Shown: positions 1 through 12,405, counted from the first letter of the stretch. The stretch is DNA of 64,000 nt from Octopus sinensis (GCF_006345805.1 NC_043001.1:97464001-97528000), one strand, 5' to 3'. Notes: generated by a model not told the origin, from the sequence alone. Numbers and translations: made by a program.

Positions 1-190
1 AAGATGCAGGAGGAAAGCGTTGAAAAAGTTGTGGTGAAAGAGTCAGCAGAGGTTCGCCATTATCTTCTGCCGGAGCCGCGTGGAGATTAAGTGTTTCGCT
101 CATAAACACACATCGCCCGGTCTGAGATTCGAACCCGCGATCCCTTGACTGCGAATCCGCTGCTCTAACCACTAGGCCATGTGTCTCCAC
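1..190 (-). mobile_element. tRNA-derived SINE (family B), runs off window start
   Basis: Minus strand reads GTGGAGACACATGGCCTAGTGGTTAGAGCAGCGG...GGGTTCGAATCTCAGACCGGGCG (A- and B-box-like tRNA head); body matches copies at 14308, 34152, 35782 and 54102. Confidence 0.8.
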
Positions 191-789
191 TATGGAGTGA
201 TATTGACAGATTTTAGCTAGATATGAAGAAAGTATAGACTTGGGATCACTGCAGACAGACTTAGAATGAACCGAATCGTACACGTCAGCAATTATCGCTG
301 GAAGCACTCGCTTCCTGGTGAATTTCTGTACAGTCCGAAAGCAGCTGGACTAACAAACCTCAAAGTGTACCTGGATTTGAAACGCTGTGCATCCCATAAA
401 CTGATTACGTATGTGTGTTTAGCGAAGACAAGAAGATGACACTAATATTTATATAAAGTGTATTCTTTCTTAGATTCGTGGTCTCTACACCACATCAAGG
501 TTCAAAGGGAATGAATTTGCAATTTAAGAGCAAGTGACTGCCACATAATATCTAGCAAATAAGAAAATGTTACCCCAGGAATCACAATATGCAACCGAAA
601 ATTTTGATTAAGCCACCTTTATGTGTACAGTTATTCGTATGGTCACTTACTAACCAAACCTGTCATCAAAGTACTACCTCAGAATACAACAAATGTTACT
701 ACAACCTACGGCTATATACAATACTATCAGAAAGAAATTTCTCTGGAATATATATAAAGAAACCTGCTGTTATTCAAAACAGTCATATA

Positions 790-1543
790 TGATTGATTGA
801 TTGATTGATTGATTGATTCTAGTTTCAGCTCATGAGCTGTGGCCATGCTGGGGCACCGCCATTTGGTGTTGCTACTTGGTTTTACTTCACGAAAGCTTTT
901 TAGCAACTGCCATTTGGTGCATGAGAGAGTTCGATGCAGCTGCCCTCATCTGCACCTCCTGCCGTGAAGTCGGTTCATCTGGGACACCTGACAGGAAGAG
1001 ATCCAGTTCCATTCTAAAGACATCTGCATCCACCCCATGCAGGTCTCTCAGGTTCTTCGGGAGGATATTGAAGAGCTGTGGGCCACGGAAGCCCAGGCTA
1101 TCACAGTATCTTGTCCTACATCTTGATGGCAAATTTGGAGTCCTAGGCACCACGCAGTGGCGCCCAGTTCTGGCATTTATGTAACTCTCGATGCCAAAGT
1201 TTGGGACACGTCCCTCCAGGATGTTCCAGATGTATATTATGGCATATCTTTCCCGCCTACGCTCCAAGGAATATAGTTTTAATCTCTTGAGTCTTTCCTA
1301 GTAGCTTACATTCTGCATAGAGGCTATCTTCTTCGTGTAGCTACGCTGGATCGCCTCGAGCTCTGTGATCAACTTGACGCTGGATGGTGACTATAACTGA
1401 GAGCAATAGTCAAGGTGGCTTAGGACAAGTGTCCTCTAGAGGACCATCATGGTTTCTTGTTCTCTTGTTCTAAAGGTTCTGAGAATCCATCCGGCCAGTC
1501 GTCTACATTTCATTGCCAATTTAGCAACATGAACACGAAAGGA
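790..1543 (-). mobile_element. 5'-truncated CR1/L2-group LINE: C-terminal ORF2 remnant, 3' UTR and (AATC)n tail
   Basis: Minus translation GWILRTFRTRE...LSHLDYCSQL*SP...ERLKRLKLYSLERRRERYAIIYIWNILEG (continues as ORF 887..1267) is typical of the CR1/L2 RT C-terminus; in-frame stops; (GATT)7 at 791-818 on + is the tail. Confidence 0.9.
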
Positions 1544-1926
1544 TAATAAGAAATATTAAAAAGTTCTACTACCAGTGTAAAACTTTAGTCAATAGACTAT
1601 ATATTATTCATATAAATACAGTGTACATTTATAAGGGGCTTCCATAATAGGACTCCTTGCACGCTAGACAAAACAGTTAACTTCGAAATCACTATATAGG
1701 GATAATAATTCGAAAGGAATGAAAAATTAAAAAAACATTTACCATCAAAACACAGATCCCCAAAAGTCTGAAACCATGGTCTAGGATATTGATGGCAAAC
1801 GTCCTTATTTTTCATTCCCTTCGAAGTTTTATCCCTAAGAGTGGTTTCGAATTTAACTGTTCTTTCTAGCGTACAAGGATTCCTATGTTGTATGCCTCTT
1901 GTGTGTTTAAATGTACACTGTATATG

Positions 1927-1963
<37 letters not shown>

Positions 1964-1975
1964 TATTCGGTAGCC

Positions 1976-2040
1976 AAGATAAAACTCTGAGTTTCGGATG
2001 ACGCGGTGGAAATCCACACCACCATATCTTCGGTTATCTC
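1976..2040 (-). ncRNA. Degenerate type-I hammerhead-like motif (homologous to 18711-18771)
   Basis: Minus: GAGATAA-CCGAAGA-(stem II, decayed)-CGAAA-CTCAGAG-TT-TTATCTT; stem I pairs 7 bp, U4 replaced by C; flank CTTGGCTACCGAATAAT matches the 18.7-kb copy. Confidence 0.5.
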
Positions 2041-2707
2041 GTCATCTTACCCTTTGAACCTTAATGTGGTGTAGAGACCACAACTCTAAGAAAGAATACA
2101 CTTTACAATCACTTACCCTGAATGTGTGTGTGTATAATGCTCTGATCAATAGGTATCCGGACTATCGCTATAGTAACGAAGTTATAGGTATGCAAATTGA
2201 AGTCGCTTGGCACAGATTGACCTTGAACTCTGCTATGCATGCCAACTACGTGTTAACGTTATATCTCAATTTCGGTGTTTACAGCGGTACTTGGAAGGAA
2301 GGTATGTAGCATGTGATTGCCGAATTGAATATGGCAGAGGAAATTCGGCAGAGAATCTAAATCTCAAAACGTTTGTCAATATTAACATTGACTTCGGCCA
2401 TATTGAAAACGTCTAAAGCACACGTACAATTGTGTGCAGCTCATTCATTTCTCTCCATACATTTTCTGCTTGTGCAGGCTTCTGAGCAAGTATCGCCATG
2501 ACAAATTTCCCTGTCGCGGACAACGCGACGATCACATGCTTCACACCATTCCAAGGGCTGGTATGAAAAGCGGAACTTAGTCGCATGTACAGCAGAGTTC
2601 AAAGTCAGCTTTTGTCAAGCGGCTTTACTCTGCTTGCTTTAGTTTAGTTACTATTTCAACAGTCCGGTTACTTATTTCTCAGATCTCGTACACACATGCA
2701 CACAGAC

Positions 2708-2715
<8 letters not shown>

Positions 2716-2779
<64 letters not shown>

Positions 2780-2783
2780 TATA
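2716..2783. repeat. (TA)n microsatellite
   Basis: Direct reading. Confidence 0.95.
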
Positions 2784-3291
2784 TCTAGTGCACTCTTCGC
2801 CTTGAATGTAATGATATATGTATAATATATGGCGTGTACTGGTACACCGGCGATTATAATTAATTTTATTGTATCGCATTTATCTTTGTTTACATATTCT
2901 CTCGATAAATTTCTGACCGTTAGACGATATACCACAATCCCCTATTTTGTCGGTTTTGTTCTGAGTCTGCGCAGTGTTTTGAATAGTTTAGAAAGAGCAT
3001 TTCGATAGACGCACATGGGTCTATTGATATGGTCTTCCCATCATTAACAGGAATCTTACTGAAGAGCCAGCCTGAGTAAATGAATACTATTATTATTACT
3101 GAATTTGGCGAAACTGCAGTATAAGAAAAGTTAAGTTTGTAAAAGTTTTTAATTTTCATCTCACTAAATTTATCCAGCTATTGTGTATCTAGTGCACTCT
3201 TCGCCTTGAATGTAATGATATATGTATAATATATGGCGTGTACTGGTACACCGGCGATTATAATTAATTTTATTGTATCGCATTTATCTTT

Positions 3292-3296
<5 letters not shown>
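2782..3296 (+). mobile_element. Hammerhead-containing small element with 111-bp direct terminal repeats (404-bp period), embedded in (TA)n; candidate retrozyme or Penelope pseudo-LTR
   Basis: 2782-2892 is identical to 3186-3296; hammerhead motif at 3054-3126 lies between them; TA microsatellite on both sides. Confidence 0.7.
3054..3126 (+). ncRNA. Type-I hammerhead ribozyme motif with canonical core
   Basis: Stem I TCTTA(3054-58)/TAAGA(3122-26); CTGAAGA 3059-65; stem II GCCAG/TTGGC with extended hairpin; GAAA 3110-13; palindromic stem III ACTGCAGT; GUA cleavage triplet ending at 3121. Confidence 0.8.
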
Positions 3297-3330
<34 letters not shown>

Positions 3331-3332
3331 CT

Positions 3333-3953
3333 ATTTTACTCTATTCAGCTATGCGGCGGAGGTTATACTGGAGCACCATCGTGTTCCTTTCTGATTTCTT
3401 CAGTCTGGCGTGTTTCATATAATCACTCCTGTACGTGCCTTCGTTCTAGCTGTCATCCCATTTGGTGTCTAAGGAATTTTGATTCCGATGCCCTAGTCTG
3501 CTCCTTATGTTGCGCTGTTGGTTCATCCAGTATTGTCGAGAGGAGGACGTATAGATTCTTCTTTGAAGACATATACTTCCCCCTTAAGCAGATTACTTGA
3601 TTCATGTGGTAGGGCATTGGAGAGCTATAGGCCGTTCAAGCCTTGACTATTGCAGTACAGGAATTTAGATGGAGTGGATGGTACATTTGGTACAATAGAA
3701 TGACGGCCAGGTCTAGCATTTGTATAACACTCAATGGCGAAATTTCGTACTAGCCCTTCTAGAATGTTTCATATGTAGATTATTACATGTCTCACACGCC
3801 TTCGCACCATGGAGTGAAGTTGCAGTTTTCTCAGCCTATCCGTGTATCTGATCCGCTGCATGGTTTCAATATTTTCAGTGTAGTGTCGTTGAGCTTCTCC
3901 ACGCACTCAGCTGTTAGTTTGGTAGTGTGTGGTGACCACAACTGGGAGCAGTA
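3333..3953 (-). mobile_element. Older 5'-truncated CR1/L2-group LINE fragment
   Basis: Minus translation [16 protein letters not shown]...RLRKLQLHSMVRRRVRHVIIYI*NILEGLVRNFAIECYTNARPGRHSIVP is homologous to the 790-1543 copy; decayed 3' tail GGTGCTCCAG...GCTGAATAGAGTAAAA. Confidence 0.8.
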
Positions 3954-3961
3954 TATATATA

Positions 3962-4149
3962 TATAGGGAGAGTTTACGAAAAAACACAAGACGAAGACAG
4001 GTGGTGTACAAAACAAACAGATGTATAAGTAAAACGCTCAGGAATAGAAAAAGTCTTTTACGTTTCGAGCCTACGCTCTTCTACAGAAAGGGACACAAAA
4101 AACAAGGAGAGAAACTAGGAGAGAAAAAAATGTGTGCAGTGGCTAACGA

Positions 4150-4150
<1 letters not shown>
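3962..4150 (-). mobile_element. Small non-coding element with hammerhead-like motif (4055-4090), Penelope pLTR-like; homologous to 13980-14280
   Basis: Minus: CTTT-CTGTAGA-A-GAGC(GTAG)GCTC-GAAA-CG-TA-AAAG; downstream CTGAGCGT...CACCACCT...GTGTTTTTT also occurs in the 14.2-kb element. Confidence 0.55.
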
Positions 4151-4297
<147 letters not shown>

Positions 4298-6113
4298 ATA
4301 CAAAGATTTGGGAGCTGAAGTATGACAATGTTAAATCTGAGTTGAGTTAAACAGCAGATACGGGCGCAGGATTTGTTGCATGGATGTGATTGAAATGTTA
4401 GAGATCAAATATTGAAAGTCTACTAAATAATAAACTACATCTTCGTATTTCCTGTATACGTAAGGCTACTCGCACATTTAGATATTTTAAGGATATTAAA
4501 CAACCTCTATTAAAGCTCCTAAGCTAGGGCCAGTCTATTCACTCCCTCTGTTGGTGATAGATCTACCTATTTGTTTCTGAGTCTTTCTAGTCTCGTTTCC
4601 CTTTACCATTGCATTTAACCCCTCTTACTATACTTGCATGGTATACTACATTGAAGGGACTAACCATTCTCTCTGTGGTGTGCCCAGTATTATGCAATAT
4701 CAATAGCAAACATATCTAAGCTAGAATTAGTAGCCTGCACACCATAGCCAGCTCTTTTCCAATTCTACCAGGTAAGGAATCATTACACCAAAATACAGTT
4801 ATTTGTGCTGCGCTTATTACACAATAGATGGAACACACTATCCCAACCACTTACCCGCGACTATTGTCTGGAGTTCCTTTGCCTGATTCACACAATTATT
4901 ATTATACTAACTATTTGAATGATATTAACGCAACCTGTATAACATTCTATATTGTTAAACGTTAGACTACTCTTTGATATTCGATCTGGTATTTCCACCA
5001 ATACTGTACCAGGTGTAATTTTTTATATAACCCTACCTTTATTTCATAATAAATATAGTACTCTATCATTACTAACACTACAATTCCATAAACGTTAGAT
5101 CTTATTATTCAATTGCCTTCGTACCCTCTCTCATAACCTTTAACCAATATCCACAGAATACACCCTGAATTCTGTGTAGCTCTTCCCTCCTCGCTTTGTT
5201 CTTTAGCCTTAGCTAGCAAATCTTAAACACTGACCCTTTTTCTAATTAGCTTGTATGCGTTTATTTTTCTTCCTCTTTACTTTTGCTTTATTGTTCCTGT
5301 ATTTTTTTTATCCTTAATTTGTATTAGGACTCCTCCTTGCTTCCCCCTGCTCTAAGCCTACACCCCTCTCCAGCCTACCTAACAACCTGTCTAGCTGATT
5401 CGAATCTCACCCGGATCTTATAGCTAAGATATGATATAATATATTTTCGGGAACTATATTCTTAACCTCAATGGACAACTTTGTCGGTCATTCACCCATT
5501 TCATAGTCGGCTTCGACGGACTTCAGCCACATCCCTGCTGTATCCTTGGGATATTCTTTTCTGTGTAAAATTACGTTTCATCTAGTGGTTACGTTTTTTT
5601 AATGGATTAGTGCTCTCGTTCTCCTGTTAAAAAGATACGTAAGAAACAGATGTAATATGCTGACAATTATCCATCGTATATTATTATTCATTTGATTATA
5701 ATATAACAAAGGGATTTACGACCTCTCGGACAGCCTAGAGTATACTCACAACATACTATTCAAAGTAACGCGTGATTTGGACCATCCCCTGGGCACTAAA
5801 TACTCATAGGTTCGTTCTTTCTGTGTATGCCACCGGAATATCCTATTTGATACTTAACAACCGTAGGCAGGAACCACAGGTCTATCCAACACTAACTGGT
5901 GCATACCTTTTCAAGTACCTGATTCTAACTGAATCCTTATTTTATTATATATCTATAGATACATAATTTGTACATATCAAAATAATGTTGGAGATAGAAT
6001 CACCCACAACTTAATGAACTCCAAACTATATTAACTCACCCAAGCCATACAATATTAAATAATACTCGTACTATTTATATTTATATTTATAATCCCTAAA
6101 TTTTCCATATTAC

Positions 6114-6211
6114 AGACCACACGTGTTTCATGAGGGTACGTAGGGTATTGTTAAGACACATAGTCTCATTCAAAATCTCATTATGTTTACGCATTCCCAA
6201 TCATCAGGTCC
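6114..6211 (-). ncRNA. Degenerate hammerhead-like motif
   Basis: Minus: GGAC-CTGATGA-(about 70 nt, poor stem II)-GAAA-CACGTG-T-G-GTCT; palindromic stem III ACACGTGT, but position 17 is G, which is non-cleavable. Confidence 0.3.
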
Positions 6212-6738
6212 AATTTCCCCACATTTATAAATATAATTGCTCCTTATATATCACTATGTTTGTCAAAATTAATTACAAGTATATAAGTATAAATAAGTAA
6301 ATAAATAACTTCAGGAATCATATAAATATAAGATATAAAAATTTAAGGAATTATATACATAATTCATACATATATACACATTACAAACTGAAATTCATCA
6401 TTGTTATAGTTGCCTAAATACTTTCCCTGAATACTTCATATATGTTCATATATGCATTGCATAGTATTTCTATTCCAAATAAAACCATACTGAAATCTAA
6501 AGTTGGAAAATAAAAACTCTGTCAGAAAGAGATTATTTCTTAAAATAAAACGAAAAATAAAAATACAAAGTTTTTCAGTGTTTCTCTGTCACTAAATTCT
6601 ATAAAGAACGCTATCTGAAGAGAAGCATCATTCAGAATATTTCATATTTAACGCGAAAGAATTTATTTATTATCAGATAGTTGGCAGTCTAGACAATAAT
6701 CCTTGATTATATCACCGGTTCAGGTTATGAAGATTTAG

Positions 6739-6963
6739 TTATTTCTTTACTAAACGAATTTTCTCCACGATACTATTTCTTCCCTTGTCTGGGTTTATCA
6801 ATAAATATGATTTATTTTCATTGATTCTGAATTTATACACAGACAAATCTTCAGTTTTGTTATGCCGATAAGGTGAGCTCAAATAAGTAAGAAGTTGCAG
6901 CACTGTGAGTATTCGTTTTAGAAAAACGAACGTCATTGTTGATAAGTTTTGTTTATATACCAT
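6739..6963 (-). mobile_element. Possible Penelope-like RT N-terminal remnant
   Basis: ORF contains ENKSYLLINPDKGRNSIV, resembling the I-x-x-x-DKG motif upstream of PLE RT domains; a single motif only. Confidence 0.3.
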
Positions 6964-7182
6964 TCCTATTTATTTCATTCAGATAGCTGTGTAATGTCAT
7001 GTGTTATTCTTTTATTCTCTTATTCTGCTGTTGGTGTCACTTAATGGATTACGGCTATTCTGGGAAGGTTTCCACTATTATTCTTATTAGATCATATCGA
7101 CCAGTATTTCTCAATTCAATATCACCATATTTATGGGTAGTCAGATATTGACGAACAAGTGGTACATACATACATACACACA

Positions 7183-7242
<60 letters not shown>

Positions 7243-7299
7243 AGAGGCAGAGATAAAGAGACAGATATATTTGTATACATGAACAAAATAATGCATTCG

Positions 7300-7683
7300 C
7301 CATTGACCCAAAAATCACAGACATGCACACAAACAGTATGCCGACGTGTGTAAACAAGTCAGATTTACTTATACATACATACGCGCATACATATATACTT
7401 ACATACGTATATTATATATATATATATATATAGCTTTCATGAGCGCGAGCGTCAACAGAGGAAATGAAACATTCTATCACAAAGCACCATTGACCCAAAA
7501 ATCACAGACATGCACACGGACAGTATGCAGACGTGTGTAAACATGTCAGATTTACATATACATACATACGCGCATACATATATACTTACATACATATTAT
7601 ATATATATATATATATTTATATATATAGCTTTCATACGCGCGAGCGTCAACAGAGGAAATGAAACATATTCTATCACAAAGCA
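7300..7683. repeat. Tandem duplication, 187-bp period, two copies
   Basis: CCATTGACCCAAAAATCACAGACATGCACAC... starts at 7300 and 7487; each copy ends ...GAAATGAAAC(AT)ATTCTATCACAAAGCA. Confidence 0.9.
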
Positions 7684-8323
7684 GCATGACTAAAGCTGAT
7701 TGTAATTAAAAGAGAAAAATTAACCAAAAAAGGAACAAGAGAAGAAAAAGAATAAAAGAGCCACAAATAATAAATAAATTCAGAATTATAACAGTGTGTT
7801 ATAATTTGCTTTTCTTCCGATGTATACAACTTTATGAAGCATCACGTTACAGAGATGTGAGGAAGAACTTTTAACGCATCATAAATCAGTATGTAAAAGT
7901 CATACAACAAGTCGCCATGGTAGTGTAATGGCAACGTGTTGGATAACAGGTGTTTGATGAGAGACTAAATAATACTCTCTGAAATGGGGAGAGCAGGAAT
8001 GTAAATAGGTTCACAAAGCATAGACAACTTACATAGCATTAGAAAATGCCCAGAGAACACACAACACGCAAGTGGCCGAGTTGCATAGTAGTTTCTGAGA
8101 AATAATTGGTGCCAATGTTTTCAGTTGTTTTCACTACAGGCGCTCTATTATAAAGAGTTAAGTGAGCAAAAGAAAATTCTGAGACCCACATCAGCGTCAG
8201 GGAATGTTATTAATTACTGTGGGTCTAACCTAAAATAAATAGAAATATTACGTTCTATGTTGAAGTGTTGTGCTTTAATTTGCACATAGAAAAGTATCAT
8301 ACTACACGTCTTTTATGTTCAAT

Positions 8324-8545
8324 CTTTTACCTACTTCAGTCATTGGACTGCGGCCAGGTTGGAGCATTGCCATAGAATCAATCCCAGTACAATAGGTTTT
8401 TGATTTTTCTTTTGTATACGCCTGGTACTTAGTCGACCAGTCTGTGTTGCCGAATCGCTAAATTACGTGGACATAAACACACCTACGCTAGCAGTTAAAC
8501 GGTGATGGAGGACAAACACCGACACAAACACACTCACATACATAT

Positions 8546-8579
<34 letters not shown>

Positions 8580-8897
8580 GTGTGTGCATATATGTGTGTG
8601 TGTGTGTGTTGTGTGTGTGTGTGTGCGCGTGTGTATTTATGTGTATATATATATTGTCCGTTTAATTAATAAATTCTATATGTGGCTGAAGATTGCTCGA
8701 CATTTTAAAATTGTTGTAATACTTACAGTGTTTAATAAAATGAAATAGCATGCAAGAATTGTACAACACTACGTTGGGTATCCTTGTTGCTTATTTTGAT
8801 AATAATCACCCCATTTGATTTATATGGATAATACCATACAAAATTCAGGTGCCTTTATCTTAAGTACCATATTCATCTGAATCTAAATTTTGCTGAA

Positions 8898-8934
<37 letters not shown>

Positions 8935-9084
8935 GACGGGTTTATTCTGTTGTCTGTCTACCAAATACGCTTTCAAGGATCTGGTCACTAGGATGTTATA
9001 GAAAACATTTGCTGAAGGTGTTACGCAGTCGGACTGAATCCGTATCTATATGTTTAGAAAGCAAATTTCTTAACACGCAGCCAC
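8324..9084 (-). mobile_element. Bipartite SINE (family D) split by expanded microsatellite and extra sequence
   Basis: 3' half 8324-8535 and 5' half 8932-9084 match the compact copy at 29620-30010. Confidence 0.65.
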
Positions 9085-9162
9085 AAAATATGCATATTTA
9101 CATGTATTCATGTGTGTATGGGCGTAATTATGTATGTGTATGTACATATATATATATATATA

Positions 9163-9206
<44 letters not shown>

Positions 9207-10108
9207 TTCAATCTTTCGTTATACGCTGTCAGTCATACAGATGGGGCTGGCGTATCTATGCATGTTTGCATATGTGTATGTATTTAGGAATATATTTATG
9301 TATTCCTGTAGGGACGTATATGCGCCAGGTGTATGTGGGAACATGTCCAATTATGTGTATTTCTATGCAAGCATGTATTCCTAAGTCTCGCTTCGTACAC
9401 TTTCTCCAGTCACAGCTTTACAATCACAAATGCTGTCGAGAACAGCAAAAATATCGAACATCCCGCATAATTTCTTTGTTATTATCACAGAAATTACCTA
9501 AATTGAAGCCGAATTTCATGAAAGTCACATCTATAACTCGGCCGGCAGTATTAAATATTCTGCGTATTCCAGCGTATATATATATTCGAGTTTGAACAGA
9601 CTTATAAAATATTACAAATAAATTTTAGGGGCGGGCATTATTGAATCATCTATAGAAACAAGTATTATATTTATGACTTCACTCAACGTCAGGCTCTGGC
9701 TATAGAAAAATTCAGTGAAATAACTACATCCATTGATTAAATGAAGCCATTACACTTTTGATCCTTCGCATATATAATCAGTTTTATAGGACCCGATGCA
9801 GATGACGTTATAATTGCTTCAGAAGAGTGAATAGTAAATTTAAGTCACATTTGCATTTATGAATAAAGATGAGTTTTTATGGACCAGAACGACTGTACTA
9901 CTAATTGGGCTGTTATATAACCAAATGCTGAGTAGTCAAATCTATGTCTTTTCCATTAGTTGCAAAACTAGGAGCATTTTAACAAAAGTGTACATTTTTC
10001 TCCCAGTATGGAGCGGATGTAGGTGTTATTTTTGGTCTGTTTTCTACAGTTAGATCGCAGCAAGTTAGCTTCAAATTAACTCACTTCTTCTTCTTCTTCT
10101 TCTTCTTC

Positions 10109-10151
<43 letters not shown>

Positions 10152-10156
10152 TATCA

Positions 10157-10678
10157 TTCAGTGGCTTTATTTTTATAACGTGCTTTCACTTCACTACCAA
10201 GCACAGCTCTTTGTGCCTTGGGTACGTGCTGTGATTTGTTGTCATGCTCTGATGGTTACTGTATTGAAAGTGCCTAGTAGTGCAATTTTTTGTATATGTT
10301 ATATGTGTTTGTAAGTCCTGGTGTTTTCGTTATGTATTTGTCTGAATATATTTTATCATGCCTAATGCACCTACTATGATAGGAATTGTTTCTGTTTTTA
10401 GATTCCACATTCTAGTTACCTTTATTTCCAATTCTTTGTATTTTGAAAGTTTCTCTATTTCTGTTGTCAGCTGCTGGTATTGATACATCAATTAGAAAGC
10501 ATTTTTTTTCTTCGTGATCTATGACATCTATATCTGGTCTGTTGGCCTTAATTTCTCTATCTGTGTTTATTGGCATATCCCAGAATATGGTTGCTTTTTC
10601 GTTTTCTGTGACCTTTTCTGGTGTGTGCCTATACCATCTTTTTTCTGTTGTTATTCCATACTGTTGGCATAGCTTCCA

Positions 10679-10679
<1 letters not shown>
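10157..10679 (-). mobile_element. 5'-truncated R4/Dong-like LINE (REL endonuclease domain) in a (TAA)n tract
   Basis: Minus translation WKLCQQYGITTEKRWYRHTPEKVTENEKATIFWDMPINTDREIKANRPDIDVIDHEEKKCFLIDVSIP...EKLSKYKELEIKVTRMWNLKTETIPIIVGALG shows the RPD-D-P-K REL pattern; (TTA)n flanks both ends. Confidence 0.85.
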
Positions 10680-10745
<66 letters not shown>

Positions 10746-12048
10746 TGAAATCATATAATGAATTTAAGTAAGTTTTAAAGTATGGTAAATCTTTCAATTA
10801 AACCTTTACATAATTACACATTAAACATTTGTGTATGAAAAAATGAAAAAATTCATAAATAGTTTTTTTTTCTTTTGTGAATAAGATAGTCTACTCGATA
10901 TATTTACGTCATATTATGATAATAGTTAATCAATATAACTTGTTATCAATAGGTTAAAATCTGGAAGTTTAATATAATATTCGAATGCCACCGTTTTAGA
11001 TTGGCTCGATATCACAAGTATGATAATTATTTGATAGTATATTTTATCTCAATCGCTATTGTACAATTTGCGTCATATATTTAAGTACGTTTCCAATAAG
11101 CATCTACACACTATACGTTCAATAAATACATTGGAAATATTCTAATATATTGAACAAAACGAAACATACAAATATAAACAAAATGTGAGACATTACGTTT
11201 CTCACTAAAGCTGTTTCGATAAATTATATTATTGAATATAATTAGTTTGTTTATGAATTTTATTTTATTTCTCACTAATGTGTAAGAAAACGGTTCAGGG
11301 AAATTTTTAGAAGAGTAATCAATATTTTTGTCTACATATTAAGTGGTATTTATTACACAATTCATCTGTAGAAATATGTGAACATTTTCTTAACCAACAT
11401 GTATCTATTTTCGATTAGTTGCAGGTGATGAAAGCGTTTCGTTCGTCATCATAAACTCAACTCCTCAATTTTATATAAAGGGTAGTAAAATTTTATTGCA
11501 GTCACGTTTAATCGTTTCGAAGCCTGTAAAGCGAAATTCGACTGAGAAATTAAGATTAAATACTAAGATAAATTCATCGCAGTCGAAAACAGAAATAAAG
11601 AAGAGAAGACGTTGGGGGCGCTATTTTCCCCCGTTTTAGCTTATATATATATACTCACATATACACATACACATATATACACACATGCACGCCCCCAGCA
11701 CCATTTCATAATCCATTTTCATGGGATTAAGGTAAAAGCGTATAAATAATCAATAAAGTAATTTAGATAAATTTTCACTGCCGTATTTGGTGTTTTCTTT
11801 ATAATAGTGTATAAATATGAACGATTATAGTTATTTTCTATATAATTCACAACATTTACTCTTTTAAGTTTACGCTATAAAACGAATTGCTTAGATGTTC
11901 ACACTGTGACAATTGAATTTTCCTTAAGGTATTCATTCGTAATTCGGTTTACGTGCACTGGACATATACCGTAATTTGAATTAAGTTGTATTAGTTTTGT
12001 AATATATACGTTGATATAAAACATTTATGCATTTAAAACACCCAAATA

Positions 12049-12405
12049 TCTATATATATATAAATGGCAAAATGTCTGTGTGTATGTGTATCCTTTATAT
12101 AAATCCAAAATTTTTCAGTTAGAGGGCTCGCACTTTCTATGGTCATTGAAAACCGTTCAAGGGTGGTCGTGCACATCATTACCTTTCCCGCAAAGACATT
12201 AAAAAATCAATAGAAGTGATTTTTTGTGAATTTTTTATCCAAAACCCAAACAAAATGCCCGAAACTTGATACGCCAATTGAATGCCAACTAGCTGTATGT
12301 GATTGGTCGGAGATTTGGACAGTACTCGCGTGCATGTGCGCACGCACGCAGCTGTATATGTATGCACTAGCACTATGACCCGGCGTTGTCGGGTCATAGT
12401 GCTAG
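12049..12405 (+). mobile_element. Non-autonomous Helitron-like element (357 bp)
   Basis: 5' A|TCTATATATATAAA, 3' CTAG|T (A/T insertion site, no TSD); terminal GC-rich hairpin at 12367-12405. Confidence 0.7.
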
